Source: Candidatus Cloacimonadota bacterium
Lineage (GTDB): Bacteria; Cloacimonadota; Cloacimonadia; Cloacimonadales; TCS61
NCBI GenBank assembly: GCA_027858325.1
Contig: JAQICU010000309.1
Location: 1-26,949, forward strand
Length of the DNA stretch: 26,949 bases
Direction: 5' to 3'
The notes beneath the pieces are model-generated. The model was not told the DNA's origin and searched no databases. It was given only the letters and a program-made list of their open reading frames with translations. A program made the position numbers and the translations under genes. This document shows positions 8,609 through 17,088 of this stretch, in pieces; the stretch's first letter is position 1; every line of letters starts with the position of its first letter.

Positions 8609-10087
8609 ATGAAAAAAACTTTCTTATTGATTATTTTGTTAAGCCTGACAGCAAATCTACTCTATTCAGAATTGAACCTCTCCGGAGTGGATGAAAGAGA
8701 ATTTATTAATGTTAACAGAATCATTGAAAATAGAAACTATTTTGTAAATAAACTACAGATTCAAGCACAATACAACCCGTTTCGCTTGGGACTTAAATTT
8801 GATTATTACAAACCTCATTTTGACAAATTTATGCTCATCAATGATGATATGAGTAATGAATTTATTGAGGATCAGTTGAATACAGAAAAAGATGAATACT
8901 ATTTCGATGAATACTACCTGCAATATGAATCTGATCATTGGTTTGCTCAGGCAGGAACTTTTGAAGCAGTTATCGGTTCCGGTATTGTTTTACACAATTT
9001 CTATGATGATGACTTTGAATCGGATTCCAGATTGATCGGTGGGTATGTAAATCCGGTTTATGATAGATGGCAAATGCAATTGTTTGGCGGAGTCATGGAA
9101 AGCATCGATCCTAATTTAGAAGATGAATACGATCAGGTAGGTGCTTTAGATGCAGCTGTAAGTTTTACAGAGAAACTTACTGTTGGTGGCAGCTATGTTC
9201 TACATAGAGAACTTATTAATGCAGACGAAGATGAATTCAATAACAGAACTGTTTATGCAGGGAAACTAAACTTCTCCTCTTCCCTATTTGATCTACACAC
9301 TGAATATGCAACCAGCAAAGATGATGAAGATGTAACAGGATCTGCAATCTATTCCAACATTGCATCTTATATAGGTAAATTCACACTTATTGGTGCTTAT
9401 AAAAATTACGAAAATTTTGATGTGAGAATATCCGATCTGCCGATGGTTAATCACTCAGGACAAATTTTGGAGCATAGTTGGGATGCTGGAAAAGATGAAG
9501 AAGGGCTAATGGGAGAGATACGTTTTCTTCCTAATTATGAAAATGAATTTATAGTAAATTATGCCGAAGGTTGGAACAGTAATTTCATGGTAAGGCTAGC
9601 TAATTTCTATTCCGAATTCAAACATGATTTTGAAGTCTGGTCATTCAAAGCTGAATTTGAATCATTGGAACAACTTAACAAAGAAGATACAAATAGATGG
9701 TATAAAGAGATCACTCCTACTCTTACTTTTGATTTTCTAGTGAAGGAAAGTCCTGTTCTAATTAAAGCTGAATATCAATATAAAGAAGAAGATAAAATAA
9801 TCGGTAATTATTCGCATTTTGAACCTCGTTTACAAACAGATATAGCAATTGGAAACTATTCTTTATCTGTCGCAGTTGAAAACCAGATCGGTGACTCTGA
9901 CTCACCTGAAGATGGAGATGATGGTGAATACTGGATCGGTGGAGAACTTGCAACAACAATATTCAATAATACTGATTTACGATTATTTTATGGTAAAGAA
10001 AAAGGCGGTATCGTTTGTCGAAATGGTGTTTGTAAAAATCAGGCAGAATTTGATGGGATCCGTCTGAGTGTAACAACAACGTTTTAA
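8609..10087 (+). CDS. Predicted outer-membrane beta-barrel (DUF6029-like) with C-terminal CxxxxC
   Basis: Signal peptide, alternating amphipathic strands, terminal Phe, GGIVCRNGVC near the C-terminus. The family name is from recall of similar TlpA/Omp28-linked proteins and is not verified. Confidence 0.65.
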   Translation: MKKTFLLIILLSLTANLLYSELNLSGVDEREFINVNRIIENRNYFVNKLQIQAQYNPFRLGLKFDYYKPHFDKFMLINDDMSNEFIEDQLNTEKDEYYFDEYYLQYESDHWFAQAGTFEAVIGSGIVLHNFYDDDFESDSRLIGGYVNPVYDRWQMQLFGGVMESIDPNLEDEYDQVGALDAAVSFTEKLTVGGSYVLHRELINADEDEFNNRTVYAGKLNFSSSLFDLHTEYATSKDDEDVTGSAIYSNIASYIGKFTLIGAYKNYENFDVRISDLPMVNHSGQILEHSWDAGKDEEGLMGEIRFLPNYENEFIVNYAEGWNSNFMVRLANFYSEFKHDFEVWSFKAEFESLEQLNKEDTNRWYKEITPTLTFDFLVKESPVLIKAEYQYKEEDKIIGNYSHFEPRLQTDIAIGNYSLSVAVENQIGDSDSPEDGDDGEYWIGGELATTIFNNTDLRLFYGKEKGGIVCRNGVCKNQAEFDGIRLSVTTTF

Positions 10088-10105
10088 TAATTAAGGAGAT
10101 ATAAA

Positions 10106-10831
10106 TTGAAAAAGTTAATTTTATTATTATTTTTAGTGATGAGCATGGGGTTAGTTCATGCTGAATTGGAAGTTGATATTCCATTTGATATGGATATCAT
10201 CGGTGACGATTTTTCAGTAGTTGGTCCCTATATTTATGAATCAGATTGGATCACGATCTCAAATGTTGGTTCAACAAATGAAACATATACTATAACATGT
10301 TCTTTCAGTGAAGTGCCGGCAGATTGGACAGCTAGCGTTTGTAATGAACTAGGATTATGTTACATTCCCAATATGCCTTCTAATATCGATATTAACGCTG
10401 GTGAATTTGTGCTTATTCATCTTTTACTGGGAGTAAATAGTACTGGTGGCTGTGGTGTGAACATTACACTGGATGACGGAGACCTTACAGAACCGATCAG
10501 TCTTGATTTCAGATTTGATACAGCTGACAATGTAAGCGCTGATGAGGAACTTATTCCAGCTCTCATACTTGGACAGAACTATCCAAATCCGTTTAATCCG
10601 AGTACAACAATTTCTTATAACCTATCTACTGAGGAATTGGCAAACGCAAGTATTTCCATTTATAATACAAAAGGACAATTAATTAGAACATTTAACGATC
10701 TTAATACTAACGGAAGTATTATATGGGATGGAAAAGATGATAACAATAATATCGTTAACTCAGGTGTTTATTTCTATAAATTAAATAGCATAAAATCTTC
10801 GAAAATAAGAAAAATGATCTTAATTAAATAA
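10106..10831 (+). CDS. Small secreted protein with FlgD-Ig/T9SS-like CTD and a 4-Cys N-terminal domain
   Basis: TTG start after AAGGAG; signal peptide; WTASVCNELGLCY motif; QNYPNPFNP...RKMILIK terminus. Confidence 0.8.
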   Translation: MKKLILLLFLVMSMGLVHAELEVDIPFDMDIIGDDFSVVGPYIYESDWITISNVGSTNETYTITCSFSEVPADWTASVCNELGLCYIPNMPSNIDINAGEFVLIHLLLGVNSTGGCGVNITLDDGDLTEPISLDFRFDTADNVSADEELIPALILGQNYPNPFNPSTTISYNLSTEELANASISIYNTKGQLIRTFNDLNTNGSIIWDGKDDNNNIVNSGVYFYKLNSIKSSKIRKMILIK

Positions 10832-10842
10832 AGGAGGGAAAA

Positions 10843-12807
10843 ATGAAAAAGAGCATTTTATTACTGGTTTTATTGGTTTTGACAATGTCATTGTTTGGCG
10901 TCTATAATGTCGGTGATATAGTAGATAACTATACTTGGACAGACAATACGGGAGCGGCACATGATATTTATGAGCTAACTGCTCAAGGTGTAGCAATCGT
11001 CTTCTTCTGGGGAGGTTATTCCTGACCTAGCTGTGTTGCGGCGGCGCCGCAATTTCAAGCTTTATGGGAACAACAACAACAGTATCCGGATGGTAATGTA
11101 TATATGATTACACAAACTGACTGGGGTGCAGGACATACTCATTTCACAGGGATAGGAGCATCAGGTGCATTTGGGAATGGATATATCCCCTTGTTTGCAG
11201 TTATAGGTGCAGACAATGAATGTTATTATAATAATAATTACTTTTCCAGTGTAACATCAGCTCTGAATCTAGCAATTGAATCATTTGGACTTAATGCAAA
11301 TATGACGGCAAATGTAACAAGTGGACCTGCGAATCTAGCAGTTCAATTTCAAAGCCTTTGCACACCAGCAAATGGTATCGAAAGCTGGGAATGGGATCTG
11401 GATGGTGATGGCGAGATCGACAGTACAGAAGAAGATCCTTATTTTCTTTATACTGAACAAGGTACTTATGATGTCACCTTAACAATAACTATGGACGGAG
11501 AGACATCTACACTCACAAATGAAGATTATATCACGGTTACCGACGGCTCGAATATCTCGGGATCTCTTTCCGGTAACTGGATTGCCGGTAATACATACAC
11601 TATAACTGGTGAGGTTGATATACCTGAAGGTAATGAACTAATAATTACTGAGGGAACTGAGATCAATATAGAAAATGACACTCAGTTGTTAGTAAATGGG
11701 CTTCTGGCAGCAGATGCATCATCTTCACGAGGAGAACCTATTATTTTCAAATCAGAATCTTCCTGGAGCGGTATAAGATTCTTTAATACTCAAGAAGATA
11801 ATATTCTTGCTAACTGTGAGATCTCCAATGCTAGTGTTTCCGCTATTTTGGTAGAAGGTGATTCAAAAGTTGATGTTATCGGATGTAAAATATTTGATAA
11901 TACGAGTACTTCACTTGGAGCAGCATTTGAAGTTATTGGATCTGATAATGTTCTGATCTCTCAAAACATAATTGCTAATAATTACAGTACAAATTCTGTA
12001 GGTGGTATCAAATGCATCAATTCAGCAATAGAGATCACTAATAATCTGATAGTTAACAATTCAGGATCATACAGTGCTATTATTCTTCAAAACGGTTCTG
12101 ATGTAGAGTTTACGAACAATACAATTGCCAACAATGAAGCAAATGGTGTAAACGCTTATACATTCTTTATCTTAAGCTCAGATCCTGTCATCAAGAATTG
12201 CATTATCAACGATAGCAATCCGATTTTCTTTGCTTCCGGTACTATAGATGTAACATATACCTGTATAAGTGGTGGATATGAGGGCACAGGCAACATCGAT
12301 GAAGATCCTCTCTTTGCTGCACCAACAGCCGGAGACGGAACAGGATATGATGGACTTGCTGCTGATTGGAGCTTACAAGCTGGTTCACTTTGTATAAATG
12401 CCGGTGATCCTGATGCAATGTACAACGATACAGATGGAACAAGAAACGATATGGGTGCTTATGGAGGACCAACACCGTACGAATTGGAACCAACAGATTC
12501 AGATGATAACACAGTTAATGTAGCTGCTATCAACTCAATCTCTGTTTACCCAAATCCATTCAACCCGACAGCTAACATTGCACTTTCCATTAATGAGAAT
12601 GATATTCAGCAGCCTGTATCTGTAGAGATCTTCAACATAAAAGGGCAATTAGTTAAAACAATTGTGAATAATGAGATTGTCCAAAATACAAACTTTGTGT
12701 GGAACGGAAAAGACAACAGTGGTAACTCAACTTCCAGCGGAATGTATTTTGTGAAGCTGAAAACAGCTACTTCTGAAGTTTCTAAAAAGATGCTGTTGAT
12801 TAAATAG
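10843..12807 (+). CDS. Secreted selenoprotein (654 aa, Sec61): signal peptide + UxxC thioredoxin-like domain + PKD + parallel beta-helix + FlgD-Ig/T9SS-like CTD
   Basis: ORFs 10843-11025 and 11104-12807 are in frame, separated only by TGA 11023-11025; readthrough gives FWGGYS-U-PSC. The N-terminus is paralogous to 2553-2738 and a SECIS-like hairpin follows. Confidence 0.88.
11035..11053 (+). promoter_or_regulatory. Bacterial SECIS-like hairpin for TGA 11023-11025
   Basis: TTGCGGC-[GGC]-GCCGCAA perfect 7-bp stem; loop starts 17 nt after the TGA; compensatory base change relative to the 2745-2768 hairpin. Confidence 0.75.
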
Positions 12808-12828
12808 TTAATTGAATATTTCTTATTG

Positions 12829-12859
12829 AAAAGGGAACTGCTTTTACAGTTCCCTTTTT
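12829..12859 (+). terminator. Intrinsic terminator (possibly bidirectional)
   Basis: AAAAGGGAACTG-CTTTTA-CAGTTCCCTTTTT, 21 nt after the stop. Confidence 0.85.
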
Positions 12860-12943
12860 CTTACTCAGATTAAAACTATTTACGTATATGGAATGAGATA
12901 TGCATTAATAAGATGAGTTAAAATTTTTAGAAAGGAGTATTAG

Positions 12944-15900
12944 ATGTTAATAATAAAAAAACTGATTCTTGTTTTGATCTTCACAATGATGCTAACCGGA
13001 CTTTTTGGTGCTTATCTCATAGATCAACCACAGATTCTCACTCAACCTGATGGGAAAATACTGCATTGTTTTGCCTCTGGAGATGAATTCCACAACTGGC
13101 TGCATGATGAAAACGGATATACAATAATTCAAGATCCTGACACGGGATATTTTGTGTATGCTGACCTGATAGGTGAGAAACTGGTTTCTACCAGCTATAC
13201 TGCAGGTCAAATAGATCCGGCAACTACAAGTTTAAAACCAGGGTTGAATGCAAAACCTGAAGGATTTGAACAAAGAGTTGAAGAGTTCAATCAAATACTG
13301 GCAGATAGAAGAAGCAGAGTTTCCACGATCGGTGATCTGAACAATCTTGTTGTATTTATCCGTTTTTCCGATCAAACAGAATTCACTGAAACTTTAACAC
13401 AATATAATAACTTGTTCAATGCTGTTGATGAAAGCTCGATGTATCAATATTTTGACGAAGTATCGAATGAACAACTCGATATAACTTCCCATTTCTATCC
13501 CGAACCAAACGGCAATCTTATCATTTCGTATCAAAGTCCAAATCCTCGTAATTATTACGAAGTTTATAATGCTGTGACTAATCCGAACGGTTACCAAACT
13601 GATCAACAACGTACTCAAAGGGAACATGCACTTTTACAAGCTGCAATCCAATTTGTAGAAGCTCAAATACCTCCAACTCTGGATCTGGATAATGATGATG
13701 ATGGCTTAGTGGACAATGTTTGTTTCATCATCAAGGGTAGTACTGGAGCATGGGCAGACCTGCTTTGGCCCCACATGTGGGTTTTATATTCACTTGATGT
13801 TTACATTCATGGTGTGCAGGTGTGGACTTATAATTTCCAATTGTCTCAAAGTTTAAACAGCAGCGGAGTAGGAGTTTTATGTCATGAGATGTTCCACTCT
13901 CTGGGCGCACCCGATCTTTATCATTATACAAACAATGGCATCTCTCCCACCGGTAGTTGGGATTTGATGTGCGCAAATACAAATCCACCCCAGCACATGA
14001 CCACCTGGATGAAATATAAATATGGGCTCTGGTTCGATGAAGTTCCTGAAATAAACACTACTGGAACTTATACATTGGAACCGGTCGTTGATTCCCCTTA
14101 TAGTTGTTACAAAATTCCTTCTCCAAATTCTAGTACAGAATTCTTTATGGTGGAATACCGTCGCAGAACCGGGTTATTTGAACCTAGCATCCCTGGAGAC
14201 GGCTTGATCATATATAGGATAGACCCGACCCTGAATGGGAATGCTTCCGGTCCTCCGGATGAAGTTTATCTCTTCCGTCCCGATGGAACCATGACCAACA
14301 ACGGTAACGTTAATCAAGCACATTTTTCGGCTGATGTTGGCAGAACTGAATTTAATGACAACACAAATCCTGCCGGATTCCTGCAATATGGTGCACCAGG
14401 CGGGATCTTTATTTCCGAAATTGGTTTTGTAGGTGATACAATCGAATTTACCTTAAATGCAGGACTCGTCCCAATGTTTGAAACCAATGTGCAAACTGGA
14501 CCTGCCTACCTGGGAGTACAATTCACTAACACTTCATTTCCTGTTACAGGTATTGATAGCTGGGAATGGGATTTTGATGGAGATGGCATTTTTGACAGCA
14601 CAGAAGAGAATCCGTTCCATCTCTATACTGAACCTGGTGTGTATGATGTAACTCTTAAGATCGAAGTTGATGGAGAATTCGCTGAGATCACTGTTGAAGA
14701 TTATATCACAGTTACAGATGGTTCTTCAGTTAGTGGAAATCTTTCAGGAGTATGGGTACCTGATTTCAGCCCATATATGATTTCCGAAGATATTGTTATT
14801 GCAGAAGGTGATGAACTAATAATTACTGAGGGAGTTGAGATTATTTTTGCCGGAAATGTACAATTTACTGTGAATGGACTTCTGGCAGCAGATGCTTCTT
14901 CGACAAGAGGAGAACCTATTATTTTCAAATCAGAATCTTCCTGGAACGGTATAAGATTCTTTGTTACTCAAGAAGATAATATTATTGCTAACTGCGAGAT
15001 TTCCGATGCAAGTGTTTCGGCTATCAAGATTGAAGGTGATTCAAAAGTTGATGTTATCGGCTGTAAGATATTTGATAATAATAGTACTTCACTTGCTGCA
15101 GCATTTGAGATTATAGGATCTGATAATGTTCTGATCTCACAAAACATTATTGCCAATAACATAAGCACAAGCAACGCTGGAAGTATTGGCTGCAATGCCT
15201 CTTCTCCTGGAATCACAAATAATATTATTGTGAATAACACTGGACAATGGGGTGCATTTTACTTATCGAATGATTCTAATCCAATCATGACTAATAATAC
15301 AATTGCGAATAATGAATCAACTAAAGAAATTGCCGGTACTCAAACTCCATACCTGTTCTTCCTTTTGAATTCAATTCCAATTATTACTAATTCGATCATC
15401 ATTGATAATGGTGAAATCCATTTTCCGCTGAGTACACCTGAAATTACCTATAGTTGCGTAACAGGTGGATTTACAGGTGAAGGAAATATTGATGAAGATC
15501 CGCTTTTTGTTGCACCAACAGCCGGAGACGGAACAGGATATGGCGGGCTTGCTGCTGATTGGAGCTTACAAGCTGGTTCACTTTGTATAAATGCTGGTGA
15601 TCCTGCTACTATGTACAACAATATAGATGGAACAAGAAACGATATGGGCGCTTATGGTGGTCCAACTCCTTTCGAAATGGAACCAACAGATTCTGATGAT
15701 AACACAGTTAATGTAGCTGCTATCAATTCAATCTCTGTATATCCTAATCCGTTCAATCCAACTGCCAATATAGCTCTTTCAATTAACGATAATGATATCC
15801 AGCAGCCTGTATCAGTTAAGATCTTCAACATTAAAGGTCAGCTTGTAAAAACAATTGTGAATAATGAAGTCGTCCAAAATACAAACTTTGTCTGGAATGG

Positions 15901-16000
15901 AAAAGACAATAAGGGCAATTCTACCGCAAGCGGAATGTATTTTGTGAAGCTAAAAACAGCTACTTCTGAAGTTTCTAAAAAGATGCTGTTGATTAAATAA
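12944..16000 (+). CDS. Secreted M6-family (immune inhibitor A-like) zinc metalloprotease + PKD + beta-helix + FlgD-Ig/T9SS-like CTD
   Basis: Signal peptide, propeptide-like QPDG...GDEFHNW region, GVLCHEMFHSLGAPDLY (HExxH), WDLM, EFFMVEYR motifs; C-terminal half paralogous to 11311-12807. Confidence 0.88.
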   Translation: MLIIKKLILVLIFTMMLTGLFGAYLIDQPQILTQPDGKILHCFASGDEFHNWLHDENGYTIIQDPDTGYFVYADLIGEKLVSTSYTAGQIDPATTSLKPGLNAKPEGFEQRVEEFNQILADRRSRVSTIGDLNNLVVFIRFSDQTEFTETLTQYNNLFNAVDESSMYQYFDEVSNEQLDITSHFYPEPNGNLIISYQSPNPRNYYEVYNAVTNPNGYQTDQQRTQREHALLQAAIQFVEAQIPPTLDLDNDDDGLVDNVCFIIKGSTGAWADLLWPHMWVLYSLDVYIHGVQVWTYNFQLSQSLNSSGVGVLCHEMFHSLGAPDLYHYTNNGISPTGSWDLMCANTNPPQHMTTWMKYKYGLWFDEVPEINTTGTYTLEPVVDSPYSCYKIPSPNSSTEFFMVEYRRRTGLFEPSIPGDGLIIYRIDPTLNGNASGPPDEVYLFRPDGTMTNNGNVNQAHFSADVGRTEFNDNTNPAGFLQYGAPGGIFISEIGFVGDTIEFTLNAGLVPMFETNVQTGPAYLGVQFTNTSFPVTGIDSWEWDFDGDGIFDSTEENPFHLYTEPGVYDVTLKIEVDGEFAEITVEDYITVTDGSSVSGNLSGVWVPDFSPYMISEDIVIAEGDELIITEGVEIIFAGNVQFTVNGLLAADASSTRGEPIIFKSESSWNGIRFFVTQEDNIIANCEISDASVSAIKIEGDSKVDVIGCKIFDNNSTSLAAAFEIIGSDNVLISQNIIANNISTSNAGSIGCNASSPGITNNIIVNNTGQWGAFYLSNDSNPIMTNNTIANNESTKEIAGTQTPYLFFLLNSIPIITNSIIIDNGEIHFPLSTPEITYSCVTGGFTGEGNIDEDPLFVAPTAGDGTGYGGLAADWSLQAGSLCINAGDPATMYNNIDGTRNDMGAYGGPTPFEMEPTDSDDNTVNVAAINSISVYPNPFNPTANIALSINDNDIQQPVSVKIFNIKGQLVKTIVNNEVVQNTNFVWNGKDNKGNSTASGMYFVKLKTATSEVSKKMLLIK

Positions 16001-16028
16001 TTACTTCAGAGTAACAAAAATACTTATT

Positions 16029-16053
16029 AACGCCCCGGCAACGGGGCGTTTTT
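16029..16053 (+). terminator. Intrinsic terminator
   Basis: AACGCCCCG-GCAA-CGGGGCGTT with GNRA loop followed by TTT. Confidence 0.85.
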
Positions 16054-16090
16054 ATTTGACATAATTATTCTAATAAATTCCCTCATCTTT

Positions 16091-16366
16091 ATGATTAATA
16101 TTAAATTTTATAGTTTACTCAGAATGTTCTTAAAGCAAAATGAAGTTGAGATAAATGCTGACAATATTTCCATTTTAAATCTCCTGAAAAATGTTGCCGA
16201 GATAACCAATAAAGATCTTTTAGCTGAACTTATTAAAGCTGGAAAACTTATCTCAGGAACTATCATTCTTTTGAATGGCAGAAATATCTACCATTTAGAA
16301 AAAATGGATACGATTGTAAGTAATGGTGATAAGATCGACATATTCCCGCCCGGAGGTGGTGGATAA
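16091..16366 (+). CDS. MoaD/ThiS-family ubiquitin-like sulfur carrier
   Basis: 91 aa; ILLNGRNI and GDKIDIFPPGGGG with C-terminal di-Gly. Confidence 0.88.
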   Translation: MINIKFYSLLRMFLKQNEVEINADNISILNLLKNVAEITNKDLLAELIKAGKLISGTIILLNGRNIYHLEKMDTIVSNGDKIDIFPPGGGG

Positions 16367-17046
16367 TGGATCTATTTTCAAGAAATATCAAATTTTGGGG
16401 AGAGGAAAAACAAGCTCTCTTAATGGAATCGTCCATTCTTATTGCAGGAATGGGTGGTTTGGGCTGCACAGTTGCTGAAAACCTGGTTCGAGCAGGTATT
16501 GGTAAACTTATTCTACTCGATCATGACATAATAACTGAAACAAACCTGAACCGGCAGATATTATTCGATCAAGAGGATATTGAAAAATCCAAAGTAATTA
16601 CTGCGCAGAAAAAGCTATCACGAATAAATAATGAAATTGAGATCATTGCCATAGATAGGAAAATTGAAAGTGTAAATAATATCACTGAAATTAAGAGTAA
16701 TTTTTGCGGAATTGCTGATTGCCTGGATAATTATGAAAGCAGATTCATATTGAGTGATGCTTTAAGAGATGATCAATTCCTGGTTCATGGTGGAGTCAAA
16801 AATGATTTTGGTCAAATTACAACTATCAAGAATGGAATAACTCAAAATCTAAAACAAATATTTGGAGATCAGAAAGATGAGATTGAACCTGCTGTAATTC
16901 CTCAAACAGTGATCACGATTGGTTCATTAATGGCTCAGGAAATTATTAATAATATCTTTGGGAAACCACAATTGATAAACAAATTATTGATTGTTGAACT
17001 GTCGGATTTTTCTATGTTTAAGGTGGAAATGAAGAAAGGAAAATGA
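16366..17046 (+). CDS. ThiF/MoeB/HesA-family adenylyltransferase (E1-like)
   Basis: IAGMGGLG, LDHDIITETNLNRQIL and DCLDN motifs; start overlaps the MoaD stop (TAATG). Confidence 0.88.
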   Translation: MDLFSRNIKFWGEEKQALLMESSILIAGMGGLGCTVAENLVRAGIGKLILLDHDIITETNLNRQILFDQEDIEKSKVITAQKKLSRINNEIEIIAIDRKIESVNNITEIKSNFCGIADCLDNYESRFILSDALRDDQFLVHGGVKNDFGQITTIKNGITQNLKQIFGDQKDEIEPAVIPQTVITIGSLMAQEIINNIFGKPQLINKLLIVELSDFSMFKVEMKKGK

Positions 17047-17088
17047 AACCTTAAGATAATTAATTAAATAAACGAAAAAGGAAATTAA

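Noticed and set aside
11071-11082. (CAA)3CAG as a phase-variable repeat
   Set aside because: Too short, and a triplet unit would not shift the frame.
17044-17046. Sec readthrough at the ThiF TGA
   Set aside because: It lies at the natural C-terminus, has no Cys-like context or hairpin, and another stop follows six codons later.
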